Position numbers and translations under genes: made by a program. The notes below the pieces were generated by a model. The model saw only the letters and a list, made by a program, of their open reading frames with translations, made no database searches and was not told where the DNA came from. A DNA stretch of 64,000 bases, filler included, from Atractiella rhizophila (Eukaryota): assembly GCA_021432655.1 (NCBI GenBank). It is 37 parts of 37 records of this genome, joined end to end, with 100 filler letters (N's around TTAATTAATTAA, not from the genome) between each part and the next. Parts side by side here need not be neighbours in the genome. Positions count along the whole stretch, not along the records: positions 1 to 1,690 come from MU272883.1; positions 1,791 to 3,479 come from MU272884.1; positions 3,580 to 5,265 come from MU272885.1; positions 5,366 to 7,051 come from MU272886.1; positions 7,152 to 8,837 come from MU272887.1; positions 8,938 to 10,608 come from MU272888.1; positions 10,709 to 12,378 come from MU272889.1; positions 12,479 to 14,147 come from MU272890.1; 29 more parts are not named here. One strand, written 5' to 3'. This document shows, piece by piece, positions 1-12,577 of the stretch; position 1 is the stretch's first letter, and each line of letters opens with the position of its first letter.

Positions 1-1169
1 TATTCCCTACTCTCTTATTTCTGGCCGCCAACCGAAACATTCGTCGACGCCCCCATCGTCGCTACTTTTCCTGACAAGGAAGACGAGGACTTACACGACG
101 TCTCGTCGTCGGATATTGGCACAAAAGAGAAGGAGGATCAGAAGGAGAGGGTGTTGGCGTCTGCACCGTTTGCACATGGACAAAGGGACCATTTGGACAA
201 GAAGGAAAGGGAGTTGGCTGTCTAGATCTAACTCTCCTTAAAGGATAACAATGAAAGGTGTGGGAGAATCAGTGCGTTGTTTTTTTGTTTCGAAGTGCTT
301 TGCTTGTTGTTTGCTTCATCATTTGTCCACTCGTGAAACAACCATCCATCCATCGATATACCCGACGAATCAACCACCGATCCTTCCGTCCATCAAGCCT
401 TCTATTGCTTACTTCGATATCCTCCTTCGTTTCTCATCCCTACGTTCCTCTTTGGCTTCGGTTAAAAAAAAACAAAGCCAAATCCATGACGTCTGTTCTT
501 AGCTATCGTCCACACCTAAAGTCTACATTTTTACTCCTTGGTCTTCAGTACTGAGAGGTATCTGTTTGTGGTGCCTGTTATAGTTCTTTGCGCTTTACAG
601 TTACTTAGGATAGGATCAAAAAGGGATCAATTTAGTCGCTTTGTCCTCATGAAATCTTCAAAAGTGTCTCTGATTTTGAAGTTCCTGATTGTTCTTTGGA
701 CAAGCTTGCGAATACCTCGAATGCACGCTTACGTGGTCACAGCATGGCAAAGACCATCTCATCCAAGGTTTTGTTCATCATAATAAGCAACCACTGGACT
801 CGGCAAAAATGAAGATCTGCTTTCAACCGTGATAACAAGCAAAAAGAGATAAACCCTTCGAGCCTCGTCCTCTCTCGAAGATGCTCTCTGCGGTATAAAG
901 GGTCAAGACCTTGTTTCAGGTGCTTTTGAGGTTACACAAAGCCTTTGAAGTGATATCAAGTGCAGAAAATGGTGTCTTGCTCGTGCTATGGTGCGGGTCC
1001 GCTAGTCCCACATCAGAGGCTACAGCATGAGTCACCATGACTCACACGTCCCAAATCTCAGAAATTTTTTTTTTCCTGTCATCCTGCTTCTGAAGTTCTG
1101 GCTCCTCACATGCATATGTGTGAGCTGCCCACAGTGAAATGCATTAATGTATTCACACTGTTCGTAGTA

Positions 1170-1690
1170 TTAAATGGAAACTCTAGTATATGAAGCCTGA
1201 ACCTCCTGCTCCCCTGTTGCAGCGGCTACTTCTGGAACACGTCGGTGTGATGAATACTTGCGCACTTGGAATCCAGCTTGCACCGCATCCTTGCCCTCGG
1301 CATAAGCTTGGATCCATCTGTGAGTTCTTCTCTCAAACTTTCTGATAGTAGACAGTTGTACAGACTTGAGAGCCGCATGCATGTTCTCCTTCAATGCATC
1401 AAAGGTGTACTGGCAGTTTTCTGTTGAAGTAATCAGTAACTTGTCAACATCCGGAGAAGCTGCAAACCTCTAAGGTAGTACTTCATTCTTCCCCACAAAA
1501 ACTCAATGAAATTAAGCTCACAATGAAACTTCGGAAGCATTAAGGCATAATGCCCAGCTGCTTCAATTGCTTCGACCACTGCTCCTTTTTAGGCGCAGAA
1601 GTCAGGCTGTGATGCAAGTAAATGCTCTGTGCCATGAAATGAGTATTGGATGGTGGAATGTAAGATGTTACTCACCAGCACAACATGTAT
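1170..1690 (-). pseudogene. DDE transposase C-terminal part (fungal Tc1/IS630-like), intron-containing, with a premature stop
   Basis: The minus strand reads LASQPDFCA*KGAVVEAIEAAGHYALMLPKFHCELNFIEFLWGRMKYYLR, then an intron, then ENCQYTFDALKEN...KYSSHRRVPE. PKFHCELNxIE and YxSHRR are hallmark motifs. TAA lies at 1589-1591. Confidence 0.8.
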
Positions 1691-1790
1691 NNNNNNNNNN
1701 NNNNNNNNNNNNNNNNNNNNNNNNNNNNNNNNNNTTAATTAATTAANNNNNNNNNNNNNNNNNNNNNNNNNNNNNNNNNNNNNNNNNNNN
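1691..1790. other. Artificial contig linker (N44-TTAATTAATTAA-N44); first of 36 such linkers in the window
   Basis: The same 100-nt N/stop-codon spacer recurs every ~1.7-1.8 kb (3480, 5266, 7052 ... 62502) and unrelated partial genes abut it. Confidence 0.99.
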
Positions 1791-3035
1791 TTCTCCCATC
1801 CCAACTTACTCGGCACCCTCAACCGTGGGACCTTCTTCTTCCTCTTATCCTTTCCTTCAGCAACAGATGTTTTGGATGGAGAGGACGGCTTCCATTCTTG
1901 TAAGACAAAGTCCTTGCTGTATCGTTCACGATGCAGTGTCCCAACGAGCAAGTGGTGTGCTGATTCTGCGTCGAAGGATGGGGGTGGGGTTGGAGAGATT
2001 GTAGAGACGGAGAGACAGCGCTCCTCCCATTTCGTGAACACTTTGCCTGAGACGCGGACTGAGGTAAAGAGCTTTAGAGTGGGTGGACGAGTTGCAGGTT
2101 TTGCAGGTGACGGGGGACGGATGTATGGGTTGGTGGAGGTGGAGGCAACTGTCGACGACGCCGGAGGAGGAGGACGTGTTGGTTGGGCTTCAAAAGGCTG
2201 AATGCAGTTGAGAACGGATGTCCCGTCGTCGACTGTCAGGTTGTGAGAGAACATTCGTGGGAAAGATAGGAACGTTACCCAGATAGGACACCTGTTTCTC
2301 TCCCTCTGTCACCCCTACTATCAAGCCTACCAACTCCACCACAACTACCGGCCACCTTTGCTGAAAGAAGAAGAGATCACGATCTGTTGTCCAACAACAG
2401 TCCAAAATATGAGGTCAGCTTGATGAATAGCAACAAAGCGGAAGAGCGGTATATGAACGAAGAGGAAACCCACCTCCATAAGCCGCATCAGATCTATCCA
2501 GCGCCTCCACATCCCTAGCCCAACACTTAAAAACCCCCTCTTTCTGTCTCAACCATAAGAGAGTAGCAGGCAGGTTATCAATCTTTAGTTTCGCGGAGCC
2601 TCCTCCTTCCTCCTTCAATTTGCCTTTATTTACAACCGTGTATTCTCTTTTAGCAGGTACATCTGTTCCTACTTGGAGGCCGGATCGTGGGAGGGGACGT
2701 TGAGCATGGACGTTCTGTTGCACTTGAGTTTGAACTTGCACTTGTACAAGTGCAGCGCGGGAAACATAGTGCCTATTAGCCTTCGTCTCCGTCACTCGTT
2801 CCGTGCCCGCATGCGTCTCATGAGAGTGATATGACCTTTTCTTGAGCGGCGGCTCTTCCCCTCGTTTCGTCCCTGCAGTAGCGGAGGACACGGAGGTATA
2901 GACACGTTTGGAGGAGGAGGCAGAAGGGAGGGTGAGCGGATCAAAAAGGGCGGAGGAAGAAGAACGTTTGGAAGATGGTTTGGCGGATGAGGACGTGTAT
3001 TGACGCGGTTTGGTGGAAGGAAAGGAGGACATCAT
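1791..3035 (-). CDS. STN1: STN1-like OB-fold protein (CST complex), spliced, 3' partial
   Basis: After a low-complexity N-terminus come RWPVVVVELVGLIVGV...YL/VDDGTSVLNC...VRVSGKVFTKWEERCL...AESAHHLLVGTLHRERYSKDFVL, matching the RPA32/Stn1 OB-fold and the helix that follows it. Confidence 0.65.
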
Positions 3036-5373
3036 GCTGCCTGTTCAAAGTTCACGGAGGTAACATCAGACTCGGAAAGCAAATCTCCACGAATGACTCT
3101 GAAATACGCACACCTGTTTATCTGCTCGTCATAGAGAGTGATTCAACACTGCACAACAAGAAATCTGGGAGCAGGAAGACAATGACTATGTTCAGCAAAA
3201 GTCACGTGCTCACAGCAAAACGCGTGAACCAAAACACATCAGACTTCCAGCACTCCACGCAGCTCCAAAGGAAGGCTAGAACGAAGAATTGACATAGAGG
3301 CTTCAGGAAATTACTGTGGAGTAGCTCTCTGATCAATCAAGCTTTCATTTTCAGGTGGGTTTGTTGTTGTAGTCAGAGCAAGGGACTGAGGGTATCATCG
3401 GTTTGTTCTACATTCCTTAGGAGGAAGACCATGTCGCAGCCTCAATCCAGACCGCAAGGAAAGATATCTTCCTTTCAACNNNNNNNNNNNNNNNNNNNNN
3501 NNNNNNNNNNNNNNNNNNNNNNNTTAATTAATTAANNNNNNNNNNNNNNNNNNNNNNNNNNNNNNNNNNNNNNNNNNNNATTCTCCTTCACTCTCTCTCC
3601 TCCTGCACCTAACGCTCCGCCTTCATAAACCGGACCTGTCACTGTTCCTCCATTTGTACTCCTACCATTCCCTACAACTGCATTGGCCATTGGTGGTGCG
3701 CCTCCAAGTCCAACTCGCACGCTGGAAGGCATATGGCCGGAAGAAGAAGAATTAGGACGAGGGATGTAAAGTGGACTATTTGGTGGAGGTGTACCACGGA
3801 GGGGGTGTGCATGAGGGTGCGTGCGAGATGAAATGGGAGAGGTCGAACTGGTAGAATTTGGAACGCGAGGGAGGGAAGAAACGGAGGAAGAAGATGATCG
3901 GTGTGTGAATGGTGAGGACGACGAGGGACGACGGAAAGAGGATGCAGACGACATTCTGGCTGTTTCTGGCGGGGAGGACATCAGCTGGGCTCACGAATTG
4001 TTGGAGGTCTCAAATCTCCTGCTTGAAAATGGTGATCTCCAGCGCGTTCTCCTCAGATAAACCATGAAGTCCTCATGAAACATGAAACAACAAGAGAAGT
4101 ATGCAACCCGTCTTCTTAGATAGAGTTGATTACTCTAAGTTCGACTTCACTGCAACAATTCATGACAGCTTCAAGGGCAAGGTTTCTCATTTCCCTCTAC
4201 CAAATAGTGCATCTACTGCAACGGTGGAATGGGTCAGCTTCAACATGTCCCAAAAGGTATCAACGGATCTGTAGATGCTCTTTGAGAGAGTACTCTGCCT
4301 TAAGCATCTCCCAGATATGGACTCCATGCCACACAGAGAATGGGGCAAGCCACAGCTTAACCAATTCGGACGGGAATGCGCACCTTTGTTCTGTTTCCAC
4401 TTGCTCTACAATCAATAGGTCAGCGCTTGAATATCTTTCAGGAACCTATTGTAACGAATCAACTAGGGGAAACGCAGGCTTTATGGTATCTAATAATGGG
4501 ACAATGCCTACCTTGTATGTAAGAAGGTTGTGTCACATGACACGCAAGAAGTGGGACGATGAAGAACGAAGAAGGAAGCTCGAAAGGCAAATAAGAAGTT
4601 GGAGCACATTCAGAGCAAGGTTGAAGCTATTGAGGCCGATGAGGGTATCATCTTTGCGTTGTATAAACAGTAAACCTGCTCTTCCAAACATTGAGAGAAT
4701 TCTTCACGAGCGAGTTGATGCAAGTCTTGCGCAGAACAAGCAAGCCTGTGCTGGTAGTGTAGGGAACAGATTATATTTACAGTAGACCATATGACGAATG
4801 AGGACAGGCTACCACACAAGAGAACGTATGAATTAAATCAGAGATGTCCATGAAATCGATGAAATGTCCACATTTTATCACGTCGCACGCATGAAGCCTC
4901 ATCTTTCCTCTTTCCAGATGCACTTCCTGAAATGACCTGACTTTTCAAGCCCTCTTTATCCCGACTACCCCGATCCACCTATCTACCGCATCACAGCTCT
5001 CAGTGGTCTCGCCTTTCATGCGCTCTAGTTCATTGCGGAGAGCTCGTTCGAGTGATTCTAGGTGAGATGGAGAGGTGCCGAGATGCTTTTGGAAAGGAAG
5101 CGATAGGGAATGAAAGTGAAGGAGGATGCTCTCCCTCATTGACGCAGCATTAGTCTCGCTCATTTGTGCTCCTTCGTCCTGTTCGAACCCTGATGAGCTG
5201 CTAGTAGAACCTGGAGTAAGTGGTGGTGGTGAAGCGCAGAGTGCTAAGGGTTGTGCGTATGACGTNNNNNNNNNNNNNNNNNNNNNNNNNNNNNNNNNNN
5301 NNNNNNNNNTTAATTAATTAANNNNNNNNNNNNNNNNNNNNNNNNNNNNNNNNNNNNNNNNNNNNAAATTAGG

Positions 5374-5980
5374 ATGGACGTAGAAACTATAGTAAGGACG
5401 ATGTTTTCACACGCGGAGAAGAACGAGTGGAAAGAGTTCCTCTCGTACGTTGACCCCAACGTTAGATGGTGGATTGCAGCCGATGAAAAGGATCCTATCA
5501 ATTTCACGGGCGTCTACGTGAGTGCCTTATTCTCGCGTAAAGAAATAATGAAGCTATTTTGCTTTACTTTTCATCCTCACAGGACCTTCAAACTTGGAGA
5601 CAAACTGTACCAGCTGGTCTTGCACCACGAGTCGAAGGTGGTACGACGGCTGTTAGCAGTAAGCTCCTAACTTTGAACGTACGAAGCACTCCTTTGGCAT
5701 GTAAAAACCTAGCTCATGTCCTGTTATAAGGTGTTTGGTAACCTTGCCATTGCAGAGGTCGCAGGTTCGGCGAAGCAAAAGAATGGAAAGCCGTTTAACA
5801 ACAGGTAAATTACACCTCTACGATTCCCTAGTTCTAGCTGAAGTGTCCGTCCTCGCTGACAGGCAGGCTTGGTTCTTGGTCATCGATGAAACGAGTGGGA
5901 AAGTGAAGGAGATAAGGGAGTACATGAATACTGCTCTCTGCAGAGAGGTCATGACTACCAATGACCCAGGAACTGCATAA
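5374..5980 (+). CDS. SnoaL/NTF2-like small protein, copy 1 (4 exons)
   Basis: Splices to MDVETIVRTMF...VDPNVRWWI...TGVY/DLQTWRQTVPAGLAPR.../VFGNLAIAEVAGSAKQKNGKPFNNR/QAWFLVIDETSGKVKEIREYMNTAL, the pattern of SnoaL_2/ketosteroid-isomerase-like proteins. Confidence 0.75.
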
Positions 5981-6328
5981 AATTCATGAAACTAACACCT
6001 TAAATGGGAACTACATTAGGAGATTGAGATAATGTTAAGTAATAGCTTCACAGATCTACGGATTTCGAAAACATTTCAAGCGTGTAGCATAACGATAACA
6101 TTGATAACTCTGCAAGAGTAAGGAATGCAGAAGCGGCCAACACCCATATCATTGTGCTAGAACCGACATGCCGAGGATAAGAAAATAACGAACCTCTCCA
6201 TACTCTAACTTGTACCCGGGTCTGGACTGCGGTTGCCTCGTGCTTGTCGATTATCCATGTAGCTCCACCCGGAGCGTTCGTCTTATAAGACATCCATCTG
6301 GCTCCATCGCAGACATAAGGTCCTCGAT

Positions 6329-6899
6329 ATGGATAAGGAGACTCTGGTTAAGAAAATGTTTGCTCATGCAGAGAGAAATGAGTGGGAGCAATTCCTCTCT
6401 TTCATTTCTCTCCAAGTCCGTTGGTGGATTTCAGCGGACCACAAGGATCCTATTATCTTCACGGAATCTTTGTTGTCCTATACGTGTCTCATTCCAGTGA
6501 CGCTGAGAGATGTTATAGGATCTTGAAAGCTGGCTGCTTACGGTGCCTGCCGCTCTTCAGCCTCGTTTGCAAGGGGGGATAAGTACAAAGATTGTGACAT
6601 TAAATGTAAAATAGTGTCACTCCGATCTACATATTATCAACTAAGTTTATTTGATAAAACTAGGTAGTTGGCAACTTGGCAATCGCAGAAGTCGCGGGTT
6701 CAGCGACACAGAAGAATGGGAGGCCTTATAACAACCGGTACTGCGTTTGACCTGCTCCAACATCCCTACCTTATTCATCGAGAGATAAAGACAGGTCTGG
6801 TTTTTCGTTGTCGATGAGAGCCCTGGGAAGGTGAAGGAAATTAGAGAGTACGGTAATACAGCGTTCATTCGAGATGTTGTCGAGAACAACCCCATTTAG
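6329..6899 (+). CDS. SnoaL/NTF2-like small protein, tandem copy 2 (possible frameshift in exon 1)
   Basis: Same exon layout as copy 1: VRWWISADHKDPI, VVGNLAIAEVAGSATQKNGRPYNNR, QVWFFVVDESPGKVKEIREYGNTAF. Confidence 0.7.
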
Positions 6900-7151
6900 C
6901 ACATCTGTTTTTATTTTCATAAAATTATGTATTACAGTGCTAGCCTTAGTACTCGCACTTTGCAGTTTACAAGGAGGAAGGAAAACTCAAGAAATGAGGA
7001 GCAAACAGAGCAAGCCAACAAATAGTTAGGAGACTGCAGCTGTCAGAGCAANNNNNNNNNNNNNNNNNNNNNNNNNNNNNNNNNNNNNNNNNNNNTTAAT
7101 TAATTAANNNNNNNNNNNNNNNNNNNNNNNNNNNNNNNNNNNNNNNNNNNN

Positions 7152-7460
7152 GATCTTCCACAACCACATGCAGCTCCTTTGCCTCCTCGAACAGTTTCAA
7201 CGCTTCTTCATTTTGTCCACGACCCTGCTCGATCTCCCCCATGCCACGAATGCAGTGGGCAAGGCCTAGCCGATCTTCCACAACTACATACAGCTCCTTT
7301 GCCTCCTCGAATCGTTTCAACGCTTCCTCCTTCCGCCCACGGACCTGCTCGATCTCCCCCGTGTGCAAAATGCAGTGGGCAATGCCTTGCTGATTTTCCA
7401 TGACCACATACAGCTCCTTCGCCTCCTCGAACCGTATCAGCGCCCGTTGTAGGTTCCCCT
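7152..7460 (-). repeat. 120-nt (40-aa) tandem TPR-coding repeats
   Basis: CAGCTCCTTYGCCTCCTCGAA recurs at ~7169, ~7289 and ~7409; the protein has three FEEAKEL units. Confidence 0.9.
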
Positions 7461-8837
7461 CCTGTTGAAATGCTGCTCCAAGAGCCTGCGTCAATTCAGC
7501 TCTGAGTGATGTAACGGAGATTAATCTTTCGGATGATAAAGCAGACTGGAACAATGCTGTTGAGAGAAGGCTTTGAAGATGGAGGAAATTCCAAATTTCT
7601 GCCAGGAAAATCAAAATTAATACTGTTGTCACATCTCCCAGGTGTTGAAAGGCGGCTAGAATGATATGTTCAAGGTTCGGATAGTCGTTGCGAAAAGACA
7701 GTAATCCGATCCGCTCAGCTCCATCTTTGAATCGTCGAATATTTCTAAGAGCCTTATCAATGAGAGCTATAGTCAACGGTTGAAGGGATAAAGCAGCGGT
7801 TTTAAAAGGTGGAAGAGGACCCAAGACCATATGGTTAATGTGTTCGCGAATTGGTGCTAGCATACGCAACCGTTTCGAATTTGTAACGGCATCCATGATA
7901 CCTTCAGCAAGTCCGACGGTTAAGATTGAGGTGACGAGCACGGAACACTGTTCTGATTGATGAGGACAGTTGTTATCCCCGATTGCGATAATATCATCTG
8001 CCAGGAGACCGTCAGGAGTCCATGATAATAGGGCAAGGACAAAAGCGCTGAGGTCTTTATGTTTTCTGAGAAGAGGTGAATCAAGCGAAAAAGATATTGA
8101 AGTGGCGAGAGTGAGTGTCTCTTCACTATCTTCGTTCCATAAGAGAGTGGTCTTCTTTGCCGCCCACTCCTCGACCAAAACAGCAAGCGGCTTAGTTGAC
8201 TCCGCGTTGGCGCGAAGAATGAAGAGCTTGATAGACAAGGCATGACGGTCGAGGTTGTTGATGATGAGTTTCGCTACCTCCTCCTGAGCCGAGCAATTTC
8301 TTCTCTCAGCAGTGTACATATCGTTCAGCATGTCCAGTACGGCAACGTCGCTCAGGCCGCCAATTACGAGCTCTTGAAATCTTACTCCTGTCGCGTTAAC
8401 CCGTTCCACCTGATGGCCGCGGTGTACTACGACGAGAATGGAACCAGAGGAGCATTTTCTGGAAAGAAGGGATTGGAAGAATGGTTGCAGCTTATTCGTG
8501 TCTGACCGTGCGGGCGTCTCGAAATTATCCAAGAAGAGGATGCACTTGTACCCTCGGAAATATCTCGCTACGGCGGCAAGGTCATCTTCTCCAGGCTGGG
8601 GAGCCAATCCAAAAACGTCCTTGCACAGGTAGGCGGAGAGCGAGGAGAAGTCGGAGAAGGGGTCACATCTACCCCAAAATCGAAGATCTTCTTCTTTTCC
8701 ATCTTTCACAGTTGTGAATGCTCTCTTGATTTCGTCTGCATGCAGGACTTCCAGTGCGACCGTAGATTTGCCGTTACCTGCGCCGCCGATGATGGCAAGG
8801 TGCCTCTGATCGGTGACGATGAAGTCGATCGCTTTCT
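7152..8837 (-). CDS. STAND NTPase + TPR repeat protein (fungal NLR-like), partial at both ends
   Basis: Walker A HLAIIGGAGNGKST (~8760-8805), Walker B ILFLDNFETP, an RLRMLAPIRE motif and C-terminal 40-aa TPR repeats. The frame is open across the whole contig. Confidence 0.85.
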
Positions 8838-8937
8838 NNNNNNNNNNNNNNNNNNNNNNNNNNNNNNNNNNNNNNNNNNNNTTAATTAATTAANNNNNNN
8901 NNNNNNNNNNNNNNNNNNNNNNNNNNNNNNNNNNNNN

Positions 8938-10608
8938 GGTTAGGTCAGATCCTACACATGTATCAGTGGCCTTTGTCCCTCAGGCCCTCCAACACACTTG
9001 CAAGCAGCATAGCCTTTTAAACCCTATAGCAACACATCTAAGGATTTGAGTCTAGTACAAAACATATTTTTCCAACCCTTTCAGAAACAAAAATTCCTTA
9101 TAGCTTCAGAAAGGGGCAAGTATATGGGTTACAATGGTATAGTTCATTTCATCCTATAGTATATGGTGTGGGAGGTGTGAGTGCTCAAAGGTGTGACTTA
9201 TGACTCATGCAAACCCAATGTTCTTCAAAAGGTTAGATGTGCAGTTGCCAGTCAACATCTATTGAAGGAAGAATACTCCAATACTGCTCTAATACTGCTC
9301 TTCAATTCATATACAGGTGTGAGGGCAGCGATGTGGACTGTAAAATACAGGATGGCCAGAATGTGAAGGTGACAGTGGAAAAACTCAGAATTAAGTATGT
9401 AAGAGGAGAACAGACATGAGATAGGCTAAGTAGTAAATTACTGAGACAAAAATAGGAACTGATTGTCACTACATCTATTTTGGTTCATTAGCAAGCTTCA
9501 AGAGGTAGAGAGAGGAAAGGGAGTAAGGTGAAAAACGTTATGGAGAGGAGTAGAGGTTTGAGGTAGGAAGGTGCTAGAGTTCCAAAAACACTTGCAAAGA
9601 GTCTGGGAGCTCTCTCTTACCTTCTCCAAATAGTTCAAGAGGATACTGACTGAGAAAAGAGGTTGATAGGATGCTAGTAGGGTGAGGTGGACAGTTGTTG
9701 TTGCTCAGTGGATATGCGATCTCATAGAATGGACAAAGGTGTCATGCTTGCCCCCACTCATTACTGAAATATGCTATTCTAGGTCACGTGACCTACTTCA
9801 CAGGTCCATGCTCTTAACCAATTGTCACTCTTGGGTATGTCTACACTCTCTGCCGCTCAGTAAATCCTGTTCATTTCGCCGGTCTGCACTTGTTGAACTT
9901 GGGTACAAAGGGTTAATCTGCACTGTTGGTAAATGACTAGTCATTTTAGCTCAGTGGTTAATCCAACAGCACTATCACAGTTTTCGTCTTGGCCCTTTGT
10001 ATTCTCAATTATTTCCTTCTTGCATTCCCAATTTAGTTATTCCATATGTTCCATAAGACATACTTTACAGTTCATGGCAGTGCTCCTTACGCATGTGTGT
10101 ATAACCTTCTTTGTGTTGGGGCAGACACTATGTACGGTCAGTAACTGGCAATGTATCTGTAGTGGAGATAAACCTAAGCATGTCATCACATGAAGTTACT
10201 AACCTGTAGTGGAGATAAACCTAAGAGAATACTCTAAGGCCATCACTTTTACATCTCAGTTTATTGAACCTCCCTGAGGCTCTATAGAGCTCAATAGCAT
10301 GTATGTAACAAGATATGGACCTGTAAAGATAGTCACATGTATAGCTGAAACTCACTAAAAAAACAAAGACCATCTTTTGCTAAGGCTATCAAGATTTAGG
10401 CTTACTCCAAGGCTGTATCAGTTCTTGTGGTTGAAATATTGTATTCCAAAAAAATGGTCAGATCGGATTTTGACAAGTTCCCACATAAATGGTTCCAGAC
10501 TCCAGCCCTGCTGGATTTTGGATAGGTTTGATTTCTTAAACTGTAATGACATATTAGTTCGTTTTACCAATGCAGTGCACACATGATTTTTTGCAAAGCA
10601 GCTTTTCC
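8938..10608. other. AT-rich, CpG-depleted non-coding contig, probably a decayed transposon/repeat
   Basis: About a dozen CpG counted by eye in ~1.67 kb, no credible ORF, and a 22-nt direct repeat at 10157-10178 and 10204-10225. Confidence 0.5.
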
Positions 10609-12577
10609 NNNNNNNNNNNNNNNNNNNNNNNNNNNNNNNNNNNNNNNNNNNNTTAATTAATTAANNNNNNNNNNNNNNNNNNNNNNNNNNNNNNNNNNNN
10701 NNNNNNNNCACCACTATTACTTGTATCTCAGAGCCAGATAGAGCCATTTTGAATGTGAAAAAGATCAAAAATTGATATAAAACTCTCTTTAACTCTTTCA
10801 AATGAGCACCCCATGGGTACCTGCCATTTCAGGACATATGCTCATGAGTACTCTTAGGTATTTAGCAGGCAACACGAACAGGTACCCCTGATGAAAATAT
10901 ACCCTCTGTAGCTGATTTGTAACTTGTTGTGCACAGGTACCTGTGGTACAAGTACCCACGAATACCATACTCGTTGACATCTCTATACAGAGAAGATTTG
11001 AATTTTCACAATCGGATGCATGTAGACCTATAATGAAATCATACAGATTCATACCAAAACCCATCTACATATGTGCTTGCCGAAGGCGAGGCCCCACGCC
11101 AGGTGAATTCTACATGTTTGCCTTCAGTGGAATCCTCCCATTTTCTTCCTCCAACCCACTAAACATAGGGAAGGTGGCTCAGTCACTCCACCGCATAAAG
11201 CCTGACAATGAGCGTACCTTGTAGAAATCTGGTATTTGTGGTCTACTGTAGCTTCTCTGGGTTTCTGTCTTTTTGTTTCTTCTGCTTCCGTTCCTTGTCC
11301 TCAGAATTATCTGGGCGGCAATCTTGTTCAATCTTGTATGCACTTCTATCCTACTCTGCCCCTTTGGTAGCTTGACCGCAGTGTGCTCCTCACAGGGATG
11401 TACATCAGTGCGGTGTGCGTTTGCTGAAAGAAGAATGAAACGTACTTTTGTTACCTGCAACTAGATCCATAACAGGCTGCTGATGACGGATGCAATGGCA
11501 ACATCTTTTATACCAATAGTATCGCCAACTTTCTGAAGAAAGTAAGTTAATGTTATGTCTCATCTGGTCAAAATCTAATTATTGAAAATGAATATGGCAA
11601 CCCTCTGTGTCGGAAAGAGATGAATCTCTATCCTTGACGAAATGGAGGTTTGAATTAAATCTGTGACAGAGAGTTCCTTAATCAAGACATGCCGGAAACT
11701 CACCGCCCTCAAATGGTTATGATCAAGAACGATACAGGAGCTGCACAACGCCATGCTTACATTCACGAACCTGTCCAGTTGGAAATGGCCAATTTGTGTG
11801 GCCTCGTCGCTGGTTTGAAGACGACGGACAACAATTTGGGCGAAGCTTCAGTTTTTGTGAAAGCAGCTGACGGATATTGGGTTTTGAAATCTGAATCTAG
11901 GACGACATTTCCATGCAACAGTATTGAATTACTTTGGCACGAGTTCAATTCACGAACTCAGCTGACATTCAAGGAGTGTGGTAAGTTGACGCTAACATTC
12001 TGCCCTGTCTAATCTCTTCCTAGATTTACCCCATCCTATTCCGAACCTGAGCGGTCTGCAGTCGGACTCGCCCGTTTTTGATAAATTGAGTGACACTCCG
12101 ACACTGTACGAGGACGGCTTAATGCTCGTACAGCTCGGAATAGTGAAATCCGTTACGATACGAGCCGATAGCTTGAAACGGCTGCATGCACTTTTCAAAA
12201 TTTAAAGACATTTGCAAGTTTCACAGCCTCTCTCTCTTTGATCGCAAACTCGTCTAGAATTTTTCTGTAAATCACTGACAATCCTGTTTCTCTATTCCAC
12301 ATCGGTGAAGTTTACAACCCGAATGCTATCGAGTGTTAGAACTCCTCAGCCTCTTGTTTCCATCTGCTTCCATGGTAANNNNNNNNNNNNNNNNNNNNNN
12401 NNNNNNNNNNNNNNNNNNNNNNTTAATTAATTAANNNNNNNNNNNNNNNNNNNNNNNNNNNNNNNNNNNNNNNNNNNNTCTTCCACAACCATTTCTCCAA
12501 CTTCATTATCTTTCCCCATACAAAAGACCACGGTCAGTTTCTCGCTGTCCACCTTTCTCCTTTTGATATCCGCCACC

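Noticed and set aside
1735..1746. Regularly spaced TTAATTAATTAA repeat suggesting a CRISPR-like or other biological array
   Set aside because: It is always embedded in N runs with fixed geometry, so it is an assembly linker. ORFs ending in X...LIN are artefacts of it.
3580..3981. Possible kinesin N-terminus (S/P-rich leader ending ...RVKEN)
   Set aside because: The contig ends before any motor-domain motif, so the call cannot be supported.
4126..4785. 219-aa ORF
   Set aside because: Non-ATG start and no recognisable domain; probably part of a spliced or degenerate unknown gene.
10709..12378. Several short ORFs with splice-like signals
   Set aside because: No coherent gene model or recognisable family could be assembled.
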